64,000 nt of DNA from Chloroflexota bacterium (GTDB taxonomy: Bacteria; Chloroflexota; Limnocylindria; Limnocylindrales; CSP1-4). Position numbers and translations under genes: made by a program. Positions 56,437 to 64,000 of this stretch are shown here, in pieces (position 1 is the first letter of the stretch; each line of letters opens with the position of its first letter). Location of the stretch: NCBI GenBank assembly GCA_031370565.1, contig JANMQO010000004.1:11562-75561 (forward strand), read 5' to 3'. The notes beneath the pieces are model-generated. The model was not told the DNA's origin. It did not search any database and was given only the letters and a program-made list of their open reading frames with translations.

Positions 56437-57990
56437 GTGAATCGTGACTTCGTCACTGCTCTGCTGCAACTCAACGCCGAGAAGCAGGTTCCCCGCGAGC
56501 AGCTGGTCCACACGGTGGAGGACGCCATTCAGTCTGCCTACCGCCGGACAGAAGGCGACGAGGACATCAACGTCCGGATCGATGCCGAGACAGGTAGAGT
56601 GCGAGTCTTCCGTGGTCGCCAGGTCGTTGCCGTGGTCGAGGATCCGCAGACCGAATTCAGCCTGGATGAGGCCCGCGCGATCAAGCCTGAGGCGCAGGTC
56701 GGTGATCTGGTCGAGACCCAGGAGATGGATCCCGAAGCGTTCGGTCGGATCCACGCCCAGACCGCCAAGCAGGTCGTGCTGCAGCGCCTGCGCGAGGCCG
56801 AGCGCGACGCCGCCTTCGATCAGTACGCCAACCGCGAGGGCGAGCTGATCACCGGTACCGTCAATCGAGTCGAGCCTCGGGCGATCATCCTCGACCTGGC
56901 TGGCCAGGGCAGTGCCGCGCGCGCCGAGGGCGTGCTGTCCACGACCGAGCAGTCGCCGCTGGAGCACTACCGGATTGGTCAGTCCGTCAAGGCGCTCGTG
57001 CTCGAGGTCCGGCGCGGACTGCGTGGCCCGCAGCTGTTTGTCAGCCGGTCGCACAAGAACTTTCTGCGCCGTCTGTTCGAGCTTGAGGTTCCGGAGGTCC
57101 ACAGCGGTACGGTCGAACTCAAGGCCATCGCCCGCGAGGCGGGATCGCGCTCCAAGGTCGCCGTGGCCAGCCGCCAGGACGGCCTCGACCCGGTCGGCGC
57201 GGCCGTCGGCCAGCGTGGGGCGCGGGTACAGGCAGTGGTCGCCGAGCTGGCCGGTGAGAAGATCGACGTCATCCCCTGGAGCGACGATCCGGCCGTGTTC
57301 GTGGCCAACGCCCTCAGTCCGGCTCACGTGCTCGGCGTGACGATCGACGAGGAGCATCGCATTGCGAGTGTCACCGTGCCGGAACGCATGCTCTCGCTGG
57401 CGATCGGACGCGAGGGTCAGAATGCCCGGTTGGCGGCCAAGCTGACGGGCTGGCGGATCGACATTCGCAGCGACGTCTCCGTGGCCGAGGCCAAGGCGGC
57501 CGCCGAGGCTGCTGCGCAGACGGACGCGTCTGGCACGGCTCCTGCCGCGGCGGATGCCCACGGTGGGTCGCCGACCGAGCCGGCCAGGATCGCGGAGACA
57601 GGGGTCGCCCAATCCGATACGGACGAGCCGGCAGTGCCGGTCCGAAAACCGCGAACCAGCCGCGCGAAGACCGCTCCGTCGGCCGAGACCGCCGCGTTGG
57701 CCGAGCCTGCCGCGAGCGCGGCTCCGGCCGCGCCCGCCAAGCGTGCCGCAAGCGCGGCTCCGGCCGCGCCCGCCAAGCGTGCCGCTGGCGCGGCTCCGAC
57801 CGCGCCCGCCAAGCGTGCCGCTGGCGCGGCTCCGACCGCGCCCGCCAAGCGTGCCGCAAGCGCGGCTCCGACCGCGCCCGCCAAGCGTGCCGCAAGCGCG
57901 GCTCCGACCGAGCCGGTCGCACCCGCCGCTCCCAAGGCCAAGGTTGCCCGCCGCAAGACCCCGTCGGCCGACGCGGAGGTGTCGTCGTAA
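56437..57990 (+). CDS. nusA: transcription termination/antitermination factor NusA with a basic Ala/Pro repeat tail
   Basis: N-terminus VNRDFVTALLQLNAEKQVPREQL, then S1 and two KH domains (LAIGREGQNARLAAKLTGWRIDI). GTG 56437 lies 9 nt after GAAGGGAGG. Confidence 0.93.
   Translation: MNRDFVTALLQLNAEKQVPREQLVHTVEDAIQSAYRRTEGDEDINVRIDAETGRVRVFRGRQVVAVVEDPQTEFSLDEARAIKPEAQVGDLVETQEMDPEAFGRIHAQTAKQVVLQRLREAERDAAFDQYANREGELITGTVNRVEPRAIILDLAGQGSAARAEGVLSTTEQSPLEHYRIGQSVKALVLEVRRGLRGPQLFVSRSHKNFLRRLFELEVPEVHSGTVELKAIAREAGSRSKVAVASRQDGLDPVGAAVGQRGARVQAVVAELAGEKIDVIPWSDDPAVFVANALSPAHVLGVTIDEEHRIASVTVPERMLSLAIGREGQNARLAAKLTGWRIDIRSDVSVAEAKAAAEAAAQTDASGTAPAAADAHGGSPTEPARIAETGVAQSDTDEPAVPVRKPRTSRAKTAPSAETAALAEPAASAAPAAPAKRAASAAPAAPAKRAAGAAPTAPAKRAAGAAPTAPAKRAASAAPTAPAKRAASAAPTEPVAPAAPKAKVARRKTPSADAEVSS
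57718..57909 (+). repeat. 36-bp tandem repeat, about 5.3 copies, in frame in the nusA 3' end (unit AAPAAPAKRAAS)
   Basis: Units begin at 57718, 57754, 57790, 57826 and 57862, with a partial unit at 57898. Copies differ only at gcc/acc and gcaagc/gctggc. Confidence 0.9.
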
Positions 57991-57995
57991 GCGGC

Positions 57996-58349
57996 GTGAT
58001 GTCCGGTGCCCGCCCCCGTGCGGTCCCCATCCGGACCTGCGTGGCCTGTCGCGCCAGCAACGCGAAGCGCGAGCTGGTTCGAATCGTGCGGACGCCCGAC
58101 GGGCTGGTGCTGCCCGACCCATCCGGTCGACTGGCTGGCCGCGGTGCGTATCTGTGCGCCGACGGCTCCTGCTGGGGGATTGCCCTGCAAAAGGGCAGCT
58201 TGGCGCGCGCCCTCGGCGTGCCGCTGCCGGAGGACCTGCGGAGCGAGCTGGCCGAGCGCGCCCGCACGATGACCGCGACTGCGATCACCGCGACCACGAT
58301 GACGACCGTGACCAAGGACGACGAAGGAGGCCAGCGTGGCGAGAAGTAG
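57996..58349 (+). CDS. ylxR: YlxR/DUF448 family RNA-binding protein
   Basis: Sequence RTCVACRASNAKRELVRIV...GRGAYLC, in the conserved position between nusA and infB. Confidence 0.88.
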   Translation: MMSGARPRAVPIRTCVACRASNAKRELVRIVRTPDGLVLPDPSGRLAGRGAYLCADGSCWGIALQKGSLARALGVPLPEDLRSELAERARTMTATAITATTMTTVTKDDEGGQRGEK

Positions 58350-60240
58350 GAGCGGCACCCGCGGCCGCCGCGGGCCGCGCAAACCGCAGCGCCGCGACGC
58401 CGGCGCCCAGCAGTCGCAGGTCCAGGTGGCCGATCCGCGCGAGCGTGCGGCGATTGAGCTTCCGTCGACGATCTCGGTCAAGGAACTGGCCGAGCTGCTG
58501 ACAGTGAACCCGGCAGACGTCATCCGCGAATTGATCAAGAGCGGCATCTTTGCCACGATCAACCAGCTCATCGACCGTGACACGGCCAGCCTGGTGGCGG
58601 GCGAACTCGGCTACGAGGTGGCCGAACCGGTCGTAGCCAACACGGGCAGCGGAGCCGGTGATGAGGCCGATCCCGTCGGGGCAGCCACCAAAGAGGTTCT
58701 CTACGAAGAGGACGATCCCGCCCTCCTCGAGACCCGTGCGCCAATCGTCACGGTGATGGGCCATGTAGACCACGGCAAGACGAGCCTGCTCGATGCGATT
58801 CGGACGACCGAGGTGGCGGCCGGTGAGCGCGGCGGCATTACCCAGCACATCGGTGCGAGCGAAGTGACCCGAACGGATCGACGGATCGTCTTTCTGGACA
58901 CCCCGGGCCACGAAGCGTTCACGGCCATGCGGGCCCGAGGCGCCCGGGTCACCGACATCGCCGTTGTCGTGGTCGCCGCCGACGACGGCGTCATGCCCCA
59001 GACCCTCGAGGCGATCCATCATGCCCGGGCGGCCAAGGTGCCGATCATCATTGCGCTCAACAAGGTCGACAAGCCCGACGCCAATCAGGACCGGGTCAAG
59101 ACGGAGCTGTCCGAGGCCGGCGTCATCGTCGAGGAGTACGGCGGCGACACGCCGCTCGTGCCGGTTTCGGCCAAGACTCGCTTCGGTCTGGAGGACCTGC
59201 TCGATATGGTCCTGCTCGTAGCGGACCTGCAGGACCTCAAGGCCAACCCGAAGCGACCCGCCATCGGGACCATCGTGGAAGCCGAGCTGGACAAGGGCAG
59301 AGGCCCGGTGGCCACCGCCATCATCCAGACGGGTACCCTGCGTGTCGGTGACGTGGTCGTCGTCGGCGAAACGTCGGGCAAGGTCCGGGCCCTGGAAAAC
59401 GAGGCCGGCAAGCGGGTCACCCAGGCCGGGCCGTCAACGGCGGTCGTCATCCTGGGCATGTCCGCTGTCCCGCAGGCCGGCGACATCTTGCGCGTGGTTG
59501 CGGACGAGAAAGAGGCCCGCAATCGGGCGGAGGCAACCCGTACGGCCACCGCGGTGCGCGTCGGAGACGGCAGTGGCCGGGCCACCCTCGAGGACCTCTA
59601 TCGGCAGATCCAGGCCGGTCAGGCCAAGGAACTCCGGATCATTCTCAAGACAGACGTGTCTGGCTCGATCGGCGCCATCACCCACGCCCTCGACCAGCTC
59701 AATGGCGAGGATGTCCGGCTGAACGTCCTGCATGAGGCGGCCGGCGAGATCACCGACAACGACATCATGCTGGCGGCCGCATCCAATGCGATCGTCGTTG
59801 GCTTCAACACGCGGGTGACCGAGACGGCCCGTCGCTCGGCCGACGCGGAAGGCGTGGATATTCGCCTGTACGACATCATCTACAAGCTGACCGACGACAT
59901 CGACGCGGCGCTCAAGGGTCTGCTCGAACCGGTCATCGTGGAGGGGATCGAAGGCCGGGCGGAGGTCCGTCAGGTGATCCGCGTTGGCAAGAACACGGTC
60001 ATCGCGGGTTCGTTCGTGACCGACGGCCGGATCATCCGCGGCGGCGCACGCGTGTGGCGCAGTGGCAAGGTCATCGCGACCGACCGGATCGAGTCCCTGC
60101 GACGCTTCCGCGACGACGTCCGCGAGGTTGCCACCAACTTCGAGTGCGGGATCGGCCTGGCCAACTTCCACGACCTCGCCGAGGGCGATGTCATCGAGTC
60201 GTTCAGTCAGAAGACAGTCAGCCGGTCGGCGGCCGGCTAG
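58336..60240 (+). CDS. infB: translation initiation factor IF-2 (short N-terminal region)
   Basis: Motifs [24 protein letters not shown] and NKVDK, plus the C-terminal domains. GTG 58336 lies 5 nt after GAAGGAGG and overlaps the end of ylxR. Confidence 0.95.
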   Translation: MARSRSGTRGRRGPRKPQRRDAGAQQSQVQVADPRERAAIELPSTISVKELAELLTVNPADVIRELIKSGIFATINQLIDRDTASLVAGELGYEVAEPVVANTGSGAGDEADPVGAATKEVLYEEDDPALLETRAPIVTVMGHVDHGKTSLLDAIRTTEVAAGERGGITQHIGASEVTRTDRRIVFLDTPGHEAFTAMRARGARVTDIAVVVVAADDGVMPQTLEAIHHARAAKVPIIIALNKVDKPDANQDRVKTELSEAGVIVEEYGGDTPLVPVSAKTRFGLEDLLDMVLLVADLQDLKANPKRPAIGTIVEAELDKGRGPVATAIIQTGTLRVGDVVVVGETSGKVRALENEAGKRVTQAGPSTAVVILGMSAVPQAGDILRVVADEKEARNRAEATRTATAVRVGDGSGRATLEDLYRQIQAGQAKELRIILKTDVSGSIGAITHALDQLNGEDVRLNVLHEAAGEITDNDIMLAAASNAIVVGFNTRVTETARRSADAEGVDIRLYDIIYKLTDDIDAALKGLLEPVIVEGIEGRAEVRQVIRVGKNTVIAGSFVTDGRIIRGGARVWRSGKVIATDRIESLRRFRDDVREVATNFECGIGLANFHDLAEGDVIESFSQKTVSRSAAG

Positions 60241-60288
60241 TCGGCTGCTTGCCGTCTCGCTGCCATCGGCCGGACCCGGCACACTGCC

Positions 60289-60882
60289 ATGACCCAGCGC
60301 ACTGACCGACTCGATGAGCTCCTGCGCCAGGAGATCGGGATGATCCTCAGCCGCGAGGTGAAGGATCCCCGAATCGGCTTTGCCACGGTCACCAGGGTCC
60401 AGACGATGCCGGATCTCGGCCACGCGGTGGTCTGGGTGAGCGTCATCGGCGAGCCGGCGGCTCGCACGGAAACGATGCGCGGCCTGGAGCAGGTCATGCA
60501 TTTCGTCCGGCGCGAGCTCGGTACGCGCCTGCGCCTGCGTCGCATTCCGGAGCTGCACGTCCGACTCGACGACTCGGCGGAACGCGGGACTCGGATCCTG
60601 CACCTGATCGAAGAGCTCGGCGCCGGCCGCCCTGTCCCGATCGATGACCAGGCACCGGATGGCGAGACGCTGCCCACGCCGGTCAGCCGACTCCGGCACC
60701 CCGGCGACCTTGAGAGCGAGCCACCCGCGGCGGCCGAACCGCCTGGGGCGGGCAAGCGCGCCCGAGCCAACCGAGGCTCTCAGGGCATCCGCCCGACGAG
60801 CGCCCGACAGCCTGGCGGGCGACCCACAACGGGGGGCCGGTCCACAGCCCGTGGCGGGAAGCCGACCCGAGGTCCGCGGTGA
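60289..60882 (+). CDS. rbfA: ribosome-binding factor A with a ~80-aa basic Pro/Gly/Arg tail
   Basis: Sequence RTDRLDELLRQEIGMILSREVKDPRIGFATVTRVQTMPDLGHAVVWVSV. Confidence 0.88.
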   Translation: MTQRTDRLDELLRQEIGMILSREVKDPRIGFATVTRVQTMPDLGHAVVWVSVIGEPAARTETMRGLEQVMHFVRRELGTRLRLRRIPELHVRLDDSAERGTRILHLIEELGAGRPVPIDDQAPDGETLPTPVSRLRHPGDLESEPPAAAEPPGAGKRARANRGSQGIRPTSARQPGGRPTTGGRSTARGGKPTRGPR

Positions 60883-61919
60883 GCAGGCAGGCCACCGTCG
60901 TGACCGTCGACCTCGCCGGCTGGGCCGGGGCCGTCCCGGACAGCGTGGTCGAGCGGATCGGTTCGGCCCGTGACGCGCTCGTGGTCAGCCACGAGAACCC
61001 GGACGCGGACACGCTTGGGGCGGCTCTCGCGGTGGCGCTCATCGTGGAGGCCCGGGGTGGCCGGGCCACAACCGTGTGTGTCGATCCTGTTCCGCCCCTG
61101 TACGACTTTCTACCGGGCATCGATCGAGAGCGGACGGATCCGCTGCCGGACGCAGCCCACGACCTGCTCGTCGTCGTGGACTGCGGCACGCTGGATCGGG
61201 TGGGTGCCGTCCGGCAGCGTCATGCAGCCTTGTTCGAGCGCCTGCCGAGGGTGGTCATCGACCACCACCTTTCCAACGCGGGCAGTGGACCGGCCGACTG
61301 GATCGATCCCGGCAGCGCCGCGACCTGCGAGATGGTCGCCCTGCTCGCCGTGCGGCTCGGCGTCCCACTGACCGCGGCTGATGGTGCCCTGGCTGCGGTC
61401 CTGATGGCTGGGATCGTCATGGACACGGCAACCTTCGCCCACCCCAACGCGACACCGCGGACGCTCGCGGTGGCGGCGGCACTGGTCGAGGCAGGGGCGC
61501 CGTTGAGCGATATCTCGCGCCGTTTGTATCGCACCAAGCCGGACGCCCAGCTGCGGCTCTTCGGGCGCGTCCTGGATCGGCTCGAATCCGCCGAGGAAGG
61601 CCGGGTCGTCTGGTCGACCCTGCTTGATGCGGATCTGGCCGCGACCGGCGCCCTGCCGGCGCATTCGGAAGGGATCATCGATCTACTCGCCCAGGCCGAG
61701 GCAGCCGAAGTCGCGATCTTGTTCAAGGAACACGGTCCGACGACCCGGATCAGCGTGCGGACCCGACCGGGCGGCGTCGACGCCACCGTGTTGACCGGCT
61801 TGTTCGCTGGCGGCGGGCACGCCCGAGCGTCGGGTGCGAGCGTCGCCCTGGCCGTGCCTGAGGCGCGCACGGCCGTGCTGACGGAGGCTCGTCGGCTGGC
61901 GTCCGCGGTCCGCCGGTGA
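60879..61919 (+). CDS. nrnA: DHH/DHHA1 phosphoesterase (NrnA-type oligoribonuclease/pAp phosphatase)
   Basis: Motifs VVSHENPDADTLGAA, VVDCG, DHH (VIDHHLSN) and GGGHARASG. The start forms a GTGA overlap with the rbfA stop. Confidence 0.85.
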   Translation: MSRQATVVTVDLAGWAGAVPDSVVERIGSARDALVVSHENPDADTLGAALAVALIVEARGGRATTVCVDPVPPLYDFLPGIDRERTDPLPDAAHDLLVVVDCGTLDRVGAVRQRHAALFERLPRVVIDHHLSNAGSGPADWIDPGSAATCEMVALLAVRLGVPLTAADGALAAVLMAGIVMDTATFAHPNATPRTLAVAAALVEAGAPLSDISRRLYRTKPDAQLRLFGRVLDRLESAEEGRVVWSTLLDADLAATGALPAHSEGIIDLLAQAEAAEVAILFKEHGPTTRISVRTRPGGVDATVLTGLFAGGGHARASGASVALAVPEARTAVLTEARRLASAVRR

Positions 61920-63019
61920 CCGATCGCTCCGTTCGTCCCAGCGGGCCGGGCCTGGACGGCGTTCTGATCGTGGCCAAGCCGGCCGGTCCCACCTCGCACG
62001 ATGTGGTCGCGCTCGTACGGCGCCTGGCCGCCACGAAGAGGGTGGGCCATGGCGGCACGCTGGATCCGTTCGCCACGGGCGTATTGCCGCTCTATCTCGG
62101 TCGAGCCACCCGCCTCGTCGAGTACCACCTGGCCGACGGCAAGGCGTATCGGGCGACGATCTGCTTCGGAGCGGCGTCCACGACGGACGATCTCGACGGC
62201 GAGCGGACTCCGGTCGAAGGCCCCGCGCCATCGCGGACCGCCGTGGAGACCATGCTCGCCACTTTTCGCGGCACGATCTCGCAGGTGCCACCGGACTATT
62301 CTGCGGTCAAGGTCGCCGGACGGCGCGCGTACGCCATCGCTCGAGACGGGGCCCAGCCCGAGGTGCGGCCGCGCCAGGTGACCATCGACCGGCTCGAGTT
62401 GGTTGACTGGGACGGGACCGATCCGGGGCGACCGATGGCCGTCGTCGAGGTGGACTGCTCGGCCGGCACGTACGTTCGCTCGATCGCGCGCGACCTGGGG
62501 CGCGCCCTGGGCAACGCGGCCTACCTGGGCGGGCTCAGCCGGACGGCGTCGGGTCCGTTCCAGCTGGCCGATGCCTGCTCCCTGGAGGTGATTCGCGCCG
62601 CGGTCGCGGATGGGCCTGCCGGGCTCGTCGCGCTGCTCCTGCCAATCGACGCCGGGCTGGAGCAGCTTCCTCGGCTGGCCTTGACCGCGGCCGAGGTCGT
62701 CGCCGTCAGCCGCGGTCAGTTCGTCCGTCCGGCGGCCGGCTTGCCGCGACTCGCGACACCCGCCGATCGGCTCATTGCGCTCGATCCCGACGGTCGGATC
62801 GTGGCCGTGGCCGGCATTCGCGACGGCCGACTCGCCCCCGACAAGGTCCTCGTCGACTCGCCAGTGGGCGGGCGTTCCGAGCGCGCCAGCGAACACGAAG
62901 GCGGCGCAGACGACGAAAGGGACGCCAAGGTGGAGGCCGAGCTGAAGGCCGAGTTCGCCAGCGAGGTGGATGCGCCGTCGTCGATTGATCCGGATCCGGC
63001 CACGCCCGACGATCGCTGA
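61916..63019 (+). CDS. truB: tRNA pseudouridine(55) synthase TruB (acidic C-terminal extension)
   Basis: Sequence GVLIVAKPAGPTSHDVV...VGHGGTLDPFATGVLPLYLG with a PUA-like region. Confidence 0.93.
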   Translation: MTDRSVRPSGPGLDGVLIVAKPAGPTSHDVVALVRRLAATKRVGHGGTLDPFATGVLPLYLGRATRLVEYHLADGKAYRATICFGAASTTDDLDGERTPVEGPAPSRTAVETMLATFRGTISQVPPDYSAVKVAGRRAYAIARDGAQPEVRPRQVTIDRLELVDWDGTDPGRPMAVVEVDCSAGTYVRSIARDLGRALGNAAYLGGLSRTASGPFQLADACSLEVIRAAVADGPAGLVALLLPIDAGLEQLPRLALTAAEVVAVSRGQFVRPAAGLPRLATPADRLIALDPDGRIVAVAGIRDGRLAPDKVLVDSPVGGRSERASEHEGGADDERDAKVEAELKAEFASEVDAPSSIDPDPATPDDR

Positions 63020-63035
63020 GGGCAGGGCACACGCG

Positions 63036-63833
63036 ATGGACGTGGTCAGTGGGGTCGCCCGCCTGGCGCCGGCGCACGGCCGCCTGTTCGTCGCGATCGG
63101 CGTCTTCGACGGGCTCCATCGCGGTCACCAGCACCTGCTTCGGACGTTACGCGGCGAGGCGGCGCGACGAGGCGCGCGCCCGGCGGTGATCACCTTCGAC
63201 CACCACCCGGACGAGGTGATTCGTGGCACGGCCCCGGCGCTTTTGTGCGACCCTGCCGAACGACTGCGCCTGCTGGCCGAGGCCGGCGTGGAGGTGGTTG
63301 TCGTCGAGCACTTCGACGCGGTCCTGCGGACCACGCCCTATGACGCCTTCATCGCCGCGATCGCCGCCCGGGTGGACCTGGCCGGCTTCCTGATGACACC
63401 AGACGCGGCCTTTGGCCACGACCGGGCCGGCACGCCGCAGGCGGTCGCGCAGCTGGGCCAAAAGGCAGGCTTCGAACTGGTGGTCGCGCCCGTCCTGGAG
63501 CTGGACGGCCAGCCGGTGCGCAGTTCGCTCATCCGGACGGCGCTCGCCGTCGGCCAGTTGCGCGAGGCTCGCCGGTTGCTAGGCCGGGCGGTCGAGGTGA
63601 TCGGCGACGCCGTCGTGACGGACGACCGAACGGTGCTCGTTCACTTCGCCCTGCCACTCGCCCTGCCACCCGACGGTCGCTATCGGGCACTGCTGGGACC
63701 GGAGCTGGCACGTCGCCAGGCCTGGGTCCGGACCGTTGCCAGTCTGGATGGCGGGCAGCTCCGGCTCCGCTGCCCGAAAGGGAGGTCCCCGACCGGTCGA
63801 GTCCGGGTCCGCCTGCAGGCCGCCCTGGCCTGA
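63036..63833 (+). CDS. ribF: FAD synthetase RibF-like protein: intact FMN adenylyltransferase domain, short degenerate riboflavin-kinase-like C-terminus
   Basis: The N-terminal domain carries VAIGVFDGLHRGHQHLL and ITFDHHP. The C-terminal ~110 aa lack the GRxLGFPTAN-type kinase motif that I expect there. Confidence 0.8.
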   Translation: MDVVSGVARLAPAHGRLFVAIGVFDGLHRGHQHLLRTLRGEAARRGARPAVITFDHHPDEVIRGTAPALLCDPAERLRLLAEAGVEVVVVEHFDAVLRTTPYDAFIAAIAARVDLAGFLMTPDAAFGHDRAGTPQAVAQLGQKAGFELVVAPVLELDGQPVRSSLIRTALAVGQLREARRLLGRAVEVIGDAVVTDDRTVLVHFALPLALPPDGRYRALLGPELARRQAWVRTVASLDGGQLRLRCPKGRSPTGRVRVRLQAALA

Positions 63834-63875
63834 GGCGCAGGGCGACCCGGCCTGTCTGCTGGCGGTGCCCGACGT

Positions 63876-63904
63876 TTGCCCAGTCCGACGAAGCCTGCTA
63901 TCCT
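63876..63904 (+). promoter_or_regulatory. promoter candidate for rpsO: -35 TTGCCC, 17-nt spacer, extended -10 TGcTATCCT
   Basis: TTGCCC lies at 63876-63881 and TG-C-TATCCT at 63896-63904. A second -10-like TAGAAT lies at 63915-63920. Confidence 0.3.
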
Positions 63905-63955
63905 CCGGCGGTCATAGAATGGATCACCATTGAAAGTTCGTGTTCGGAGGACCGA

Positions 63956-64000
63956 GTGCCGCTCGCGCGGGAATTGAAGCAGCAGGTCATCGGGGCGTTC
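63956..64000 (+). CDS. rpsO: 30S ribosomal protein S15, 5' fragment (runs off the window end)
   Basis: GTG 63956 lies 5 nt after CGGAGG. The translation VPLARELKQQVIGAF resembles an S15 N-terminus, and the position after truB-ribF is the conserved one. Confidence 0.6.
   Translation, partial: MPLARELKQQVIGAF

Noticed and set aside
57718-57909. Regular 36-bp repeats that could superficially suggest a CRISPR array
   Set aside because: The units are directly adjacent with no spacers. They are in frame within nusA and encode a peptide repeat, and no cas genes are present.
54895-58122. 1075-aa minus-strand ORF, the longest antisense ORF in the track
   Set aside because: It lies antisense to rseP, ispG and nusA, all of which have unmistakable motifs on the + strand. 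Its translation is Arg/Gly/Pro/Ala-rich low-information sequence with no domain signature. Long stop-free antisense frames are expected in roughly 70% GC DNA.

Overview
A very GC-rich (about 70% G+C judged by eye, not computed) 64-kb chromosomal core segment. It is almost fully occupied by housekeeping genes, nearly all on the + strand. I support 1 tRNA, 58 coding regions and several promoter-like or terminator-like sites. The gene order from 12.7 kb onward runs ileS-lspA-rluD-gmk-priA-def-fmt-rlmN-rpe, then rpmB(-), yloV-recG-rsmD-coaD, yceD-rpmF-plsX, acpP-rnc-smc-ftsY-ffh, rpsP-khpA-rimM-trmD-rplS-rnhB-yraN, rpsB-tsf-pyrH-frr-uppS-cdsA-dxr-rseP-ispG, and nusA-ylxR-infB-rbfA-nrnA-truB-ribF-rpsO. 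This order closely matches the Bacillus subtilis arrangement as I remember it, which suggests a monoderm-type (Terrabacteria) lineage; the short EF-Ts and the high GC would fit Chloroflexota or a relative, but that is only a guess. Many neighbouring genes overlap by 1-8 nt (ATGA/GTGA/TTGA). I found no CRISPR array, mobile element, integrase, toxin-antitoxin pair or recognisable defence locus, and no gap large enough to hide an unannotated multigene system. I therefore cannot claim a new system. The observations most worth follow-up are: (1) ileS and lspA form one uninterrupted 1320-codon frame; (2) a tRNA-Leu(UAA) lies directly upstream of one of only two genes in the window that I found to contain an in-frame TTA codon, a bldA-like situation; (3) a large membrane-anchored protein of unknown function sits between ffh and rpsP; (4) an orphan receiver-CpaE/TadZ-type ATPase; (5) a recurring extended -10 motif (TGnTAyACT-like), with several starts exactly 7 nt downstream of a -10 hexamer, implying leaderless mRNAs; (6) candidate regulatory leaders upstream of rpsB and nusA. 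The many long antisense or alternative-frame ORFs in the track are treated as high-GC artefacts.
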